IMG/VR virus record: IMGVR_UViG_3300020042_006565
Span: 1 to 55,161 of that record
DNA: 55,161 nucleotides
DNA from: a virus
Lineage: Duplodnaviria; Caudoviricetes
Reading direction: 5' to 3' (one strand)
The notes below the pieces were generated by a model, which saw only the letters and a program-made list of their open reading frames with translations, was not told the origin of the DNA and did not search any database. Position numbers and translations under genes: made by a program. Shown in pieces: positions 9,305-19,007 of the stretch; position 1 is the stretch's first letter, and each line of letters opens with the position of its first letter.

Positions 9305-10915
9305 TTAATAAAGCTCGGCCACCGTGGTGGCCAGCATGGCGTACTGCACGGGGGACGAGCCTTCGATTTCGATTTGCCAAGTCGTCGCCTCGAACCCCGA
9401 GGGCAAGCGAAACGGGCTGGCCGATGTGACGGTCTGTGTGTGCCTGAGCACGCTGTCGGCGTACAAGCGAACAGTCACGGGGTAGCTGTCTGCTTGCGCT
9501 TTGGCTGTGACAAAGTTGACCGGCTTTGGCTGCTTGAACAACTTCGACCGAAAGGTGTAAGTCATCGCCGTGCCCGCGTCCCACTTCTGCACGTTAGCGC
9601 CGTTCAGCACATACAACTGATCGCGCAACTCGTCAAAGTGCAGGGCCGTGTACCCCGTGCTCATGAAGTACAGCCCTGTCGGGTTGGTCGGGTCGATGAA
9701 GAACCCTTTGCGCCCGCTGCCCGCGTCGTAGCTGCCAAAGTACCGGCCCTCGTACATCCGACCAATGATCGAACTCGGGACCAGGGCCTGCCAGTCTTCC
9801 CGCAACATCAAACCTTCGGTGAGCACGCGAGTCCCGCCTGAGCCGATCCAGCACAGCCCGTCTTCACTGGCCCAAGCCACGCCGGTTCCCATTGCGGCCA
9901 CAGAGCGAGCAGCAACGCAGCCTTGGGGCAACTCCAGAAGCTGCTGGTCCATGCTGTCCGGCCCCGAGCCCGACACGATCAATGGCCGCGCAGTGGTGAG
10001 AACAATCAGGCTCTGCCCAAACGCAGCCAGCGCGACGGGCTTGGAATCCGGGGGCAAAATCTCATAGCCGATGGGCCACGCGTACGGGAGATAAGACTCG
10101 CAAAACCGCACTGCGTTGCCACTGATCCCCGCCAGCATGCCGTTCCACAACGAGGTCAGGTACGTCAAGTTGTCAGGAGGGGGGTACCACGTTGTCGTAG
10201 GCAAAACCTCACCCAAATCGCGCAGGTCGTCCTGCGTGGTGGTTGTGCCAATGGCGACCTCTCGCAAGAAGAAAAAATCAGTGGCCCCCGAACTGCTCGA
10301 CTGTGTGCGATAGATACGGATCAGGGTGATGTTGTAGTTGCCCGCAGGGACAGCAGAGAACGCGCTGAGCGTGGCGGTGGCATCGCTGGGGCGGTCGTTC
10401 TGTGCGCTCACCGGAGACGGTGCAGACTCCCATCCCCAGTCATTGACGTACGTGTAGACATAGAAGGCCGTATCCGTACTTCCTGTCCAAGTTCCCGTGT
10501 CGGTGGCGACAGTCGGTGCCCCGACAGGCGCGGGGACGCCCAGCGGTCGAATCACCACGGGGTTGCTCTGCGGGTCGGTGCCGTCCAGTGAAGTGTTGTC
10601 CGTGACCTTCGGAGCCCCGTCCCCAGAGTAGTAGGTTCGCTCTGTCGTGTCCGTTGCGTCGAACCCAAGAACTGCGTGGACAACCCCCGTCCAACTCAAC
10701 CAGTATTGGCTGTCGCTCGCCACGTCCCGGCCCATGCGGTAAATCGTCTGTCTCCCTGCGGGCACGGTGGCCACCGTGGTGGGAGCTTTCCAAGAACGCA
10801 AGTCGCCCCGCCCTGGCTTTTGATTAAGGCTCACCGTGCCCGTTGTTTCGGGCAGCAGCATCGGGTGCGTGGCGCGGTTCTCCCCGCCGAACCCTGCAAG
10901 GCGTACAACTGGCAT
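9305..10915 (-). CDS. tail nozzle / DNA stabilisation protein (tail tubular B-like)
   Basis: 536 aa, beta-propeller-like composition (FCESYLPYAWP, GCVAARS, WASEDGL). Position in the podovirus tail module. Confidence 0.65.
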   Translation of the reverse strand: MPVVRLAGFGGENRATHPMLLPETTGTVSLNQKPGRGDLRSWKAPTTVATVPAGRQTIYRMGRDVASDSQYWLSWTGVVHAVLGFDATDTTERTYYSGDGAPKVTDNTSLDGTDPQSNPVVIRPLGVPAPVGAPTVATDTGTWTGSTDTAFYVYTYVNDWGWESAPSPVSAQNDRPSDATATLSAFSAVPAGNYNITLIRIYRTQSSSSGATDFFFLREVAIGTTTTQDDLRDLGEVLPTTTWYPPPDNLTYLTSLWNGMLAGISGNAVRFCESYLPYAWPIGYEILPPDSKPVALAAFGQSLIVLTTARPLIVSGSGPDSMDQQLLELPQGCVAARSVAAMGTGVAWASEDGLCWIGSGGTRVLTEGLMLREDWQALVPSSIIGRMYEGRYFGSYDAGSGRKGFFIDPTNPTGLYFMSTGYTALHFDELRDQLYVLNGANVQKWDAGTAMTYTFRSKLFKQPKPVNFVTAKAQADSYPVTVRLYADSVLRHTQTVTSASPFRLPSGFEATTWQIEIEGSSPVQYAMLATTVAELY

Positions 10916-11199
10916 CAGACGTCTTTCACCGTCACGGTGAAGTCGGCTTCTTTGACCAAGTTGGCCGATGTGGTCAGCCTGACGGTGACCTTGTATTTGG
11001 TGCCGTTGGTGCCGCCCGACAGGACCGTCTTGACGACGTTGCCGGTGCGCGTAGACGCGACCACGGTGATGCCGGTCTCGGCAGTGGCCGTGAACGACGA
11101 GGGGGTATCGGTTCTGTTGGAGAACCAGTCCGTGAAGTCCACGTCGTAGTCCAGTACCTCAGCAGACTGCTTGGAGAATTTGCCCAGGATGGCGGTCAT
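10915..11199 (-). CDS. small tail/fibre adaptor protein
   Basis: Motifs K...EVLDYDVDFTDW and LSGGTNG..Y.VTV are typical of small phage Ig-like adaptors. Coupled start/stop overlaps on both sides. Confidence 0.6.
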   Translation of the reverse strand: MTAILGKFSKQSAEVLDYDVDFTDWFSNRTDTPSSFTATAETGITVVASTRTGNVVKTVLSGGTNGTKYKVTVRLTTSANLVKEADFTVTVKDV

Positions 11200-12683
11200 A
11201 CGGCTACCTCAAGGTCATCGGCGAGAACCGCTACATTGTATGTGCTAACAGGTAAGCTCGTCGATAGGTAGTCGGGCGATACCAAGACAGGCCCGTCTCC
11301 GATTGGAACGAAGCAGCTGAGTGCGTCTGTTGGGACCAGGATGTAGCGAAGCTCCACCCCGAGCAGGGAGGTATCGCCGGAATCCCCGACGTCGAGCGAA
11401 TAAAGCGAGCCTACGGCGTAAGCGCTGTTGAGCGCCTGGACCAGAGCAGACGAGCCACTGAGGGCGACTGCGCCAAAGGCTGTGGTGAAACTTGCTGCCT
11501 GAGTCCCGGCCGCAGTACCGCTGATCGCGGTGGTGCCGGTTGCGGAAGTTGTGTTGACCGCTTGTGTTCGAGCAGCAGATCCACTGATACCGACCGCGCC
11601 GGTCGCAGAGGCTGTGTTGAGTGCTTGTGTGCGGGCGACAGAACCGGAGAGGCTAGGAGCTAGGACCGTGCCCGTGCCCGAAGCTGTATTGGCGAGCTGC
11701 GCGAGTGCTGAAGACCCACTGATCGAATTAGTACCGGTCGCTGTAGTTGAGCTGACGGCCTGAGTGCGGGCAACGGTTCCGCTGATCGAGACAGTACCGG
11801 TCGCAGAGGCTGCGCTGGTAGCTTGCGTCAGAGCAGCAGAACCGCTGATACCCACTGCGCCTGTAGCGCTCGCCGAATTAGGCTGCTGAGTGACGGAGGC
11901 AAAACCAGACGGCCCCGCGACGACCGATCCAGACGCCGCTACTAAGTTGGGCGCTTGTGCGGCAGATGACGTGCCACTGACAGAATTAGTGCCGGTCGCA
12001 GAGGTTGCGTTGGCGGCTTGGAGCGGGGACGCCGTTCCTGAAACAAGGGCAGCACCCGGAGCAACTTGCAGCCAGGAGACCTGCACAACATCGTAAACAG
12101 CGCCGCTTGCAGCCGAAGTGCCGAGCGCTTGCGTGGCGGATGACGATCCGCTGATGGCATTAGCGCCGGTCGCTGACGCAGCGTTGACGTTCTGCGCAAC
12201 GGCCGCCGAGCCAGAGACACCTGCGGCAGTGACACTGCCCGTCGCTGACGCCGAGTTGGCAAGTTGGGTGGCGGATGAGGCCCCGCTGACCGAGACCGTG
12301 CCCGCAGCTGATGAGGCGTTGAGCTGCTGGGTTCTGGATGCCGTACCGCTGATGGATACGGAGCCGGTAGCGGCGGCAGAGTTAACAAGCTGAGCGGCGG
12401 ATGCCGAGCCGGACACACCAGCGGCAGAGACAGTACCGGATGCGGCGGCCGTGTTGAGCTGCTGGGTTCTGGATGCCGTACCGCTGACTGAGACAGCGCC
12501 TGTAGCGCTCGCAGCATTAAGCCCCTGAGTGGCGGCTGAGGTTCCGCTGATGGATACGGAACCCGACGCAGAAGCAGCGTTAGCAAGCTGAACAGCGGCT
12601 GAGGAGCCGGTGATGCCAGATACACCCGCGACAACGGGTAACGCCCCAATCGGACGTGATGCGATTGGGTAAAAGCCGAGCAT
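11196..12683 (-). CDS. Ala/Ser/Gly/Thr-rich repeat protein (495 aa), probable fibre or decoration
   Basis: About 20 tandem 19-21 aa repeats of SGxAAxxQxxNxASATGxV. Confidence 0.7.
   Translation of the reverse strand: MLGFYPIASRPIGALPVVAGVSGITGSSAAVQLANAASASGSVSISGTSAATQGLNAASATGAVSVSGTASRTQQLNTAAASGTVSAAGVSGSASAAQLVNSAAATGSVSISGTASRTQQLNASSAAGTVSVSGASSATQLANSASATGSVTAAGVSGSAAVAQNVNAASATGANAISGSSSATQALGTSAASGAVYDVVQVSWLQVAPGAALVSGTASPLQAANATSATGTNSVSGTSSAAQAPNLVAASGSVVAGPSGFASVTQQPNSASATGAVGISGSAALTQATSAASATGTVSISGTVARTQAVSSTTATGTNSISGSSALAQLANTASGTGTVLAPSLSGSVARTQALNTASATGAVGISGSAARTQAVNTTSATGTTAISGTAAGTQAASFTTAFGAVALSGSSALVQALNSAYAVGSLYSLDVGDSGDTSLLGVELRYILVPTDALSCFVPIGDGPVLVSPDYLSTSLPVSTYNVAVLADDLEVAV
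12318..12487. repeat. 35-bp exact direct repeat (12318-12352 and 12453-12487)
   Basis: GTTGAGCTGCTGGGTTCTGGATGCCGTACCGCTGA occurs twice within the repeat-protein gene. Confidence 0.85.
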
Positions 12684-12686
12684 GGC

Positions 12687-13088
12687 TTACACCACAGGCC
12701 AGTCACTGCGCATGTCGTATGCGCAGACGTCCTCAATCGTCGTCATCGCGTCGATGGTGTCGCGGTGCATCCCTGACACGCCAGCAATCTGGGCCTCAAG
12801 GGTGCTGAGTTGCTGGGCCTTCTCCAGCACCAGCACAATCAGCGCAGCCTCGGTGATTCCGCGATAACCAGCCTCCAGCGTCAGCATGGGGCCACCGCCA
12901 GCGTTCGCCTCGTCCAACTTGATGGGCCAACTGGACATCTCAGCGGGTGAGGTTCCTGCGGTGACTTGATTACGCAAAGATGCTGCTGCCGCATCGACCA
13001 CAGCGGAACGATCTGCTTGAGCCTCGACGAGCGTTGCAAACTCGATGTCAGGCCCATTAAAAAATTGGTTGTCTTGATAAATTAACAT
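12687..13088 (-). CDS. tail fibre assembly-like protein
   Basis: Motifs E..SWPIK..EA and L..EA..RGIT...L resemble phage tail assembly proteins. Confidence 0.55.
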   Translation of the reverse strand: MLIYQDNQFFNGPDIEFATLVEAQADRSAVVDAAAASLRNQVTAGTSPAEMSSWPIKLDEANAGGGPMLTLEAGYRGITEAALIVLVLEKAQQLSTLEAQIAGVSGMHRDTIDAMTTIEDVCAYDMRSDWPVV

Positions 13089-13090
13089 GA

Positions 13091-13969
13091 TTACCAGTAC
13101 CAGATATCTAATCGACCATCACCACCCTTGCCGCCAGCACCGCCAGTAATACCGCCAGCACCGCCGCCACCACCACACCCATATACCCCATCACCTCCAC
13201 GGCCACCCGTGCCCACAGAGTTTCCTCCACCGCCCATACCGCCAGTGCCAGCCAAAAACGGCTCATACCATAAGCCACTCTGTCCTAAACCCCCACCAAC
13301 CGCACCCCCCAGTAGTGAAGCAGAAATATTATTTAGGCCCGTAAGTCCACCACCAGCGAAATTTGCGTTTGCGGCACTGCAACTACCGCCTGCGCCACCA
13401 CCACACCCTCTGCCCAATGATTGAAGCGTGAGTAGAGAGGCAGTCGCCCCGGCAGACCCACCCTGCCCTGCAATTCCAGTCGTCACTGTAAGAACTACTA
13501 AAAATACGTTTATCGCACCTGTGGCTCCTGCGGCGCCAGCCGATCCACCCGCAGTAGTTCCGAAGCCTCCTCCAGACCCTCCCGGCGCAGTTACAAAGGG
13601 TGAGGCGGTTGATGCTGAGTGATCCACATATATATTACTCGCAATACCCGCACCCCCGGCCACCCCAGTCGCGCCACCCGCTCCACCTCTTCCTATTGAT
13701 ACTGGAATAGACCCATTGAAAAATGACGCACGAAACAGTATTCGACCATCACCGCTTCCGCCGCCACCGCCGCCCCCAGCGCGAATAGTCGATGTGGCTC
13801 CGGTTGCACCACCTCCACCTCCACCTCCAGCACCTCGCAAGTGAAGATAAATCCATTGCGCCCAACGAGGGTATGTTATTTGAGTAATGTTGCCATTCGC
13901 TGCCGTGGCATTACCCAAGACAACGATATGATTTTTGTCAGACGAATAAAGGTTTGTTTGGAAATCCAT
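13091..13969 (-). CDS. glycine-rich tail protein, paralogue 2
   Basis: GAGGGGGGG, GGGGGSG and YGCGGGGG motifs. Start placed at ATG 13969, just after the upstream stop. Confidence 0.7.
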   Translation of the reverse strand: MDFQTNLYSSDKNHIVVLGNATAANGNITQITYPRWAQWIYLHLRGAGGGGGGGATGATSTIRAGGGGGGGSGDGRILFRASFFNGSIPVSIGRGGAGGATGVAGGAGIASNIYVDHSASTASPFVTAPGGSGGGFGTTAGGSAGAAGATGAINVFLVVLTVTTGIAGQGGSAGATASLLTLQSLGRGCGGGAGGSCSAANANFAGGGLTGLNNISASLLGGAVGGGLGQSGLWYEPFLAGTGGMGGGGNSVGTGGRGGDGVYGCGGGGGAGGITGGAGGKGGDGRLDIWYW

Positions 13970-14736
13970 ATTAAAAAAACCAGACATCTATCCGAGAATC
14001 ACCGCCATTACCACCCCGGCCACCAGTAGTCCCGCCGCCGCCACCGCCGCCACCGCAGCCATATGCGCCGTTGCCGCCGTTGCCGCCAGTTCCTGCTGCG
14101 TTACCGCCGCCGCCCAGACCGCCCGTACCTGACAAAGTTTCTTCGTGCCAAATGCCATTGCCACCAGCGCCACCTCCGACAGCCCCGCCTGCCATTGTTT
14201 GAATCAAAGTGCTGGATTGCGTAAATCCACCTCCAGTAAAATTTGCGTTTGCTGCGTTTACACTGCCCCCACCAGCCCCCGCGCATCCGTTACCCACAAC
14301 GGATGCTGTTATGTTTGCGGCATTTGCTCCAGCGGAACCTATAAGTCCGTTGCCGCCTCCCAAATTAACACCGCTCTGGAGGCCAAAATATGCGGAGGGT
14401 TGTCCTCCGGCGCCAAGAGTCCCTGCCGCGCCACCCGTGGTCGTTCCTGCGCCCCCCCCAGTCCCACTAGCAATACCGATAAAATTTGGATTACCAAATA
14501 CTCCCGTAATTTGTGCTATAGGGGCCACTTGAATAGTTGCGGAGGGAGTACCGCCGCCCCCTCCCGCTGTTCCAGCCGCTCCCCCAGTGCCGCCTCTCGG
14601 CAAAGTCGCACTAATGGAGCCTCTAAAAAAAGAGGCTGGTGTAAAAAAACTAAATATGCGCCCAGCAGCCCCACCACCGCCTCCAGCGCGAATAGTCGAT
14701 GTGGCTCCGGTTGCACCGCCTCCACCTCCACCTCCA
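13776..14736. repeat. 54-bp near-identical repeat shared by two paralogous genes (13776-13829 and 14683-14736, 1 mismatch)
   Basis: CCAGCGCGAATAGTCGATGTGGCTCCGGTTGCACC[A/G]CCTCCACCTCCACCTCCA. Confidence 0.85.
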
Positions 14737-14876
14737 CCGCCTATCAAACGCACAGCCACCATTGAAGCCCAACGAGGTATTGAAATCACACAAAGACCGC
14801 TGTTGGTGGTCGTCATCCCTGCGTCAACCCATACATGGTTTTTGTCTTGCGTAGATAAAAAACCCCAAAAATCCAT
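13971..14876 (-). CDS. glycine-rich tail protein, paralogue 1
   Basis: Same architecture as its neighbour (PRWA, GATGATSTIRAGGGGG, YGCGGGGG, C-terminal RIDVWFF). Confidence 0.7.
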   Translation of the reverse strand: MDFWGFLSTQDKNHVWVDAGMTTTNSGLCVISIPRWASMVAVRLIGGGGGGGGGATGATSTIRAGGGGGAAGRIFSFFTPASFFRGSISATLPRGGTGGAAGTAGGGGGTPSATIQVAPIAQITGVFGNPNFIGIASGTGGGAGTTTGGAAGTLGAGGQPSAYFGLQSGVNLGGGNGLIGSAGANAANITASVVGNGCAGAGGGSVNAANANFTGGGFTQSSTLIQTMAGGAVGGGAGGNGIWHEETLSGTGGLGGGGNAAGTGGNGGNGAYGCGGGGGGGGTTGGRGGNGGDSRIDVWFF

Positions 14877-15290
14877 TCAATAATCCCCACCCACCCCGAT
14901 TGCCGCCCAGCCAGCACTTGTTGGTGCGGCACTTAACAGCCAGATAATTTTGTAATTCGCCGGGATTGCAATATTAAAAGGTAAAACCAATTCTGGTAAT
15001 TGAGTAGACGTTGACAAAGTAGTGGCAGGGAGGGTTAATTCACCAAACAAGAAATTATTGGTTGCGGTTGTAGTTGCGCCCCCGTTATTTATCCAAAAAC
15101 GAGCAACAACGCCAACCGAATTAGTGCCAAGTGGCTTAACTTTGACATAGGTAACAAAACTACCTGATGCGCCAGCGGTAAAACAAGTTGCTACTGTTCC
15201 GCTGGCTCCATCGTAGGAGTTGGCCGTTGATGTTGTAAGGGTGGTTGATGCGACGTTAGGCGTCGTGGTGTATTGCGGGTCGAGTGCCAT
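14877..15290 (-). CDS. virion structural protein (137 aa)
   Basis: Abuts both neighbours. Thr/Ala-rich, ending in GGDY. Confidence 0.6.
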   Translation of the reverse strand: MALDPQYTTTPNVASTTLTTSTANSYDGASGTVATCFTAGASGSFVTYVKVKPLGTNSVGVVARFWINNGGATTTATNNFLFGELTLPATTLSTSTQLPELVLPFNIAIPANYKIIWLLSAAPTSAGWAAIGVGGDY

Positions 15291-15641
15291 TTAAGTAATC
15301 CCAAAGTTACCAAGTGAGCGCAGGATCACAGTTCCTGAGCGCGTGCCTTTAAGTGCCCTTGCGCTGGGTGTCAGAAACACGTTGACGGTGGTGGTGAACG
15401 TCACCCGTGAGCCTGTGCTGCTGTCGCTAATCTGTCCCCGGCTAAGAGTCGTGCCGTTCCAAACCGAGTCGCACACCTCCCAACTGCCGGGGGTTGTGCT
15501 CTCAATAGCGATGGTCACCACACTGCCCGTTGGCACTTCGGCAGCAAACGTGGCGTATCCGGTCACAGAACCAGAAGGCGTGACTGCGCCGCTGCCGGGG
15601 TTGGCGGCGGTCTGCGATACGCGGTCAGCGACGAAACTCAT
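15291..15641 (-). CDS. virion structural protein (116 aa)
   Basis: Motifs ADRV.QT, WEV, TLSRG and VF.T.SA resemble fibre N-terminal attachment domains. Confidence 0.6.
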   Translation of the reverse strand: MSFVADRVSQTAANPGSGAVTPSGSVTGYATFAAEVPTGSVVTIAIESTTPGSWEVCDSVWNGTTLSRGQISDSSTGSRVTFTTTVNVFLTPSARALKGTRSGTVILRSLGNFGIT

Positions 15642-15670
15642 CGGGACGTTCCAAAAGTTGTGAGTGTCAT

Positions 15671-16087
15671 TTACTGCGCCTCAATACCGACCTGACTCGC
15701 AGTGCCGGTTGTTGTGATGTTCAGTGTGTACGTTGTGAAAGTGCTGGTGACCGCCTGCCAACTGGAGGTACCAACGGGGGACCCGCCAGAATCTAGCAGT
15801 ACCACGCGGAGATTCTTTGTTGCGCCGGTTGATCTGCATCGAGTGTCTATGTTGTAGTTACCTGAAGCAAGTGGTAGTGACAAACCAAACTTGGCTGTGG
15901 TGACGGCCCCTGTTAGTCCTGGGCTGAAGATGTAATCAACGTCACTCGGAGTTACTTCATCAATGTCTGTGTACAGGGGTTGCGAGTCACTAGAAGTCCA
16001 TCCGCTAACAGAAATATCAGAGTTCGGCCTGCTTATCGTGACACTTAGAGTATCCGCGCCACCGAGTAAAAGGGGCGTGAACCACAT
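15671..16087 (-). CDS. hypothetical structural protein (138 aa)
   Basis: In-operon ORF, Thr/Ser-rich beta composition. Confidence 0.55.
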   Translation of the reverse strand: MWFTPLLLGGADTLSVTISRPNSDISVSGWTSSDSQPLYTDIDEVTPSDVDYIFSPGLTGAVTTAKFGLSLPLASGNYNIDTRCRSTGATKNLRVVLLDSGGSPVGTSSWQAVTSTFTTYTLNITTTGTASQVGIEAQ

Positions 16088-16450
16088 TTAGGCCACCTGT
16101 CTAATCGACCAACTGATTACGCGAGGGGTGCCTTGCAGATTCGTCAACGTGTACGTCCAGCCGTGCATCAGCAGCAGCGCGGATGTTGCGTAAACAGGAT
16201 CGGCAGTTTGTGCGCCGCTGATGATGGTGTCATCAATGACGCGCTGCGTACTTCCCGGCGATCCAGAAGAAACCACCTTTTCATATATCCTGAGTCGGTA
16301 CGATTCGGTGGTTGTCAAGTTGCTGAAGTCAATAAACGCTTGATATATGCCGTCCGTCGTCTGTGCAGACACTGTGGTGCTACCACTTGGTAAATCATAC
16401 TCAGTGGAGTTAATGGTGGCAGAGCCGCTAAATGCTTCGGTGATAGCCAT
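16088..16450 (-). CDS. hypothetical structural protein (120 aa)
   Basis: In-operon ORF with stop/start coupling. Confidence 0.55.
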   Translation of the reverse strand: MAITEAFSGSATINSTEYDLPSGSTTVSAQTTDGIYQAFIDFSNLTTTESYRLRIYEKVVSSGSPGSTQRVIDDTIISGAQTADPVYATSALLLMHGWTYTLTNLQGTPRVISWSIRQVA

Positions 16451-17433
16451 TAGTCTTGACTCCAGTAGGTGAAGCGGACGTATCCTGAAGAACCGTTTCC
16501 TCCGGCCCCATTACCGCCACCGCCACCGCCACCACCGCCAAAACCGGGAGCATTTCCACCTACCTGTGAAGTGCCCGAAGCGTTTCCGCCACCAGCCCCG
16601 CCGCATGACCAGTAACTTGGGCCTCCTACGCCGCCGCCGCCATAAGAGTTAGTTCCATCAGTCCCTCCTACTCCCGGAATCGCGCGTCCAGAGGTATTGG
16701 TACACCCCCATACCCCACGCCCTTGATAACCTCCGCCACCGCCTCCAGCGGTTGCCCCCGTTGTAGAGGCTGCACCACCTGAAGCGCCAGTCGCACCTAC
16801 AAATTTTACATGACCCATTATAAAATTCGTTGCAGTTACCTGTGGTGTATCAGAGAAAGCAGTACCAGTAGGTGGCGAGGCTGCGTTTGCTACCCCAAGA
16901 ATGCTGCCGCCACTAATACCAAAGTCAAAAGCACCTGCACCGTAATTAGTACCGGTGCCACTTGTTGTAGCAGTTGCGGCTCCTCCTACCCCTTGTCCGC
17001 CAGCAATGTTAAAAGTACCACTAGACCATGAGCCCGTGTAAGCATTGAACCCGGTATATGCGCCGCGCGTCAAACCTGCAATCGTAGTAAGACCACCAGA
17101 ACCATTATTTGAAGCGACTGCGCCACCAGAACCGCCTGCTCCAATGGTGATCGTTAACGATGTGTTTGGTATAACTACCGTTTGGCAGTTGGTAAAAGAC
17201 ACACCCGAACCGCCTCCGCCGCCTCCTGCGCGAGATGTAGTTAAGTTGTAGCCGCCACCGCCACCAGCACCTGCGCCACAAGCATCTATGAATATGGTCG
17301 CCACGCCCAGCGGCACAACAAACGTCCACGGGCCATTGACCGATGTCGCATCCGCCACCCCATCCGTCACAACCCCCGTGCCTCGAATGAACTCAACAAC
17401 GTGCTGCCTCAATACTGGCGATCCGTAACTCAT
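16450..17433 (-). CDS. glycine-rich tail protein, paralogue 3
   Basis: WTFVVPLGV..IFIDACGAGAGGGGG, LTITIGAGGSGG and GGNGSSGYVRFTYW form the typical Gly-rich fibre domain. Confidence 0.7.
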   Translation of the reverse strand: MSYGSPVLRQHVVEFIRGTGVVTDGVADATSVNGPWTFVVPLGVATIFIDACGAGAGGGGGYNLTTSRAGGGGGGSGVSFTNCQTVVIPNTSLTITIGAGGSGGAVASNNGSGGLTTIAGLTRGAYTGFNAYTGSWSSGTFNIAGGQGVGGAATATTSGTGTNYGAGAFDFGISGGSILGVANAASPPTGTAFSDTPQVTATNFIMGHVKFVGATGASGGAASTTGATAGGGGGGYQGRGVWGCTNTSGRAIPGVGGTDGTNSYGGGGVGGPSYWSCGGAGGGNASGTSQVGGNAPGFGGGGGGGGGNGAGGNGSSGYVRFTYWSQD

Positions 17434-17843
17434 ACTGTCACCCCCAGAATACGATCAGCATCTGCTTGGGTGATGTATCCCTGATCCGCGCAGTAGTTGA
17501 CGAAGTACACAACGTCGGGGTCTTGCAGGTTCACATCCTCGGCCAAGTCAAGCAGTTGCAAGGCATCGACGATCACCGGATCGTTGGCTGCGCGAATACT
17601 AATCCGCTGCTGTGCCGTGAAACTGCGAAGGAACTCCAGCCTCGTCACGGGGCCGGGCGGCAGGATCACCACCGGAGCCTTGCTGAAGTTCGTACCATCA
17701 TGCAAGTCGCCGGGGCCGTACTGCGACAACTCAGGGGTGCGCTCAATGCAAGTGTGGTGAGGGTAGAACTGCTGCGCTCGGGCAGCAGAATCCGCACAGA
17801 TGCAGTTCTCGACCACGCCGTTGAGGATGAGGAAAACGTCCAC
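17430..17843 (-). CDS. tail-associated hypothetical protein
   Basis: Probable GTG start at 17843 after GAAAGGG. Motifs TRLEFLRSFT..QR and YITQADADRIL. Confidence 0.55.
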   Translation of the reverse strand: MDVFLILNGVVENCICADSAARAQQFYPHHTCIERTPELSQYGPGDLHDGTNFSKAPVVILPPGPVTRLEFLRSFTAQQRISIRAANDPVIVDALQLLDLAEDVNLQDPDVVYFVNYCADQGYITQADADRILGVTV

Positions 17844-17863
17844 CGACCAGCCCTTTCCAGCAG

Positions 17864-18280
17864 TTAGTTCGCGTTGGTGATCGTGAACGCCGTGACAGCA
17901 ACCGTTTGGCCGGTGGCAATCGAGGTGTTGTTCAAGTTCAGATCGCTGGTTGTGATGCCCACCGTGCCGTCGATATGACCGACCGTGCCCCCCGTGGTCG
18001 TCAGCCGGAACCATGCGGCGGTCGTGCCTGCGCCTGCGCCTGCCGTGCCTGTGCCGCTGGTGATGGAGTTCAGCGTAAGAACGCCACCCGACGAAGCCGG
18101 GGCGAACGTGGCACCGCAGGTCAGCGTGGCCAACAGCACCTGTGCGGAAACAGCGGTGTCTGGGCTTGCGGGCTGCGTGCCGCTGTAAATCAGCAGCTTG
18201 GCTGTGGTGCCCAGCGTCGTGGTGATCGCGTCTTGCTGAGCGTTCTTGAGAGCAGCGGAATACTTGAGATTGAGTGCCAT
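17864..18280 (-). CDS. virion structural protein (138 aa)
   Basis: LLIYSGTQPASPDTA...GTTAAWFRL...IDGTVG is a common small phage structural motif. AAGGA RBS. Confidence 0.65.
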   Translation of the reverse strand: MALNLKYSAALKNAQQDAITTTLGTTAKLLIYSGTQPASPDTAVSAQVLLATLTCGATFAPASSGGVLTLNSITSGTGTAGAGAGTTAAWFRLTTTGGTVGHIDGTVGITTSDLNLNNTSIATGQTVAVTAFTITNAN

Positions 18281-18293
18281 TTGAGGTCCTTAG

Positions 18294-18995
18294 TTAGACG
18301 GGCATTTCGGCACCTGCGCCGGGCTTCATTTGGGGCTGCACCATCACGGTGGCCTTGATCTCGACGCCCAGCGTGTTGGCAAAAGCGGCGTAGGAGGCTT
18401 GAGCGCGTTGGGCGTTACCCGCGTACTCACTGTCTTTGCTGTAAGCGCGGTACAAGATGTAGTCGAGCAGCGCGTTGCCGTAGATGTCGGGGATGCTCAC
18501 GTTGCCTGTCACGGCAGAGTACAAAGCGCCATCAGCCGGTTCCGTCACATCGGTGGGGAACGCGGCGTATGTGACTTCGAGTTGCGCCGACGTCGTTGCA
18601 GGGGGGTAGACGTAGAACGCCTTCGGGTCCCGTGGGTCGAACATGTAGTGCAAGATGTTGACCGCGCCTGTCAAGTTGTGCCAGCCTGGGGTCTGCGCAT
18701 CTAGGATCTGACGAGGGACCAGTCGCACAGCCTGCTTGGTTGATGTCGACGCCATGTTGCGCGTGATCTCGATCAGCTTGGCGGGTGACGGCGTAAGGGC
18801 CGAGATGGTTTGACGCGTGCCAGCCGCCAAAGTAATGGTGGTGGTCGTCGTCATCGAGTCGGGGCGGTACATCACCACCTCGCGCTGGCCGTCGTTCAGC
18901 CAACGCACCAACTCATTGGCTGGCCATCGGATTGATGTGGTGTCTTGCAGCACACCGACAGCTCGCAGAATGATGGATTGGGCGGTAAGTGCCAT
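18294..18995 (-). CDS. head-tail adaptor / tail tubular A-like protein (DUF6682-like)
   Basis: RW...EL..WLNDGQRE.V..RPD and ALLDYILYRAYSKDSE motifs. Located downstream of the capsid gene. Confidence 0.7.
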   Translation of the reverse strand: MALTAQSIILRAVGVLQDTTSIRWPANELVRWLNDGQREVVMYRPDSMTTTTTITLAAGTRQTISALTPSPAKLIEITRNMASTSTKQAVRLVPRQILDAQTPGWHNLTGAVNILHYMFDPRDPKAFYVYPPATTSAQLEVTYAAFPTDVTEPADGALYSAVTGNVSIPDIYGNALLDYILYRAYSKDSEYAGNAQRAQASYAAFANTLGVEIKATVMVQPQMKPGAGAEMPV

Positions 18996-19007
18996 TGGTA
19001 ACTCCTA

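Noticed and set aside
13776-14736. Diversity-generating retroelement TR/VR pair
   Set aside because: No reverse transcriptase in the window. The repeat lies in the N-terminal part of two paralogues and has only one mismatch.
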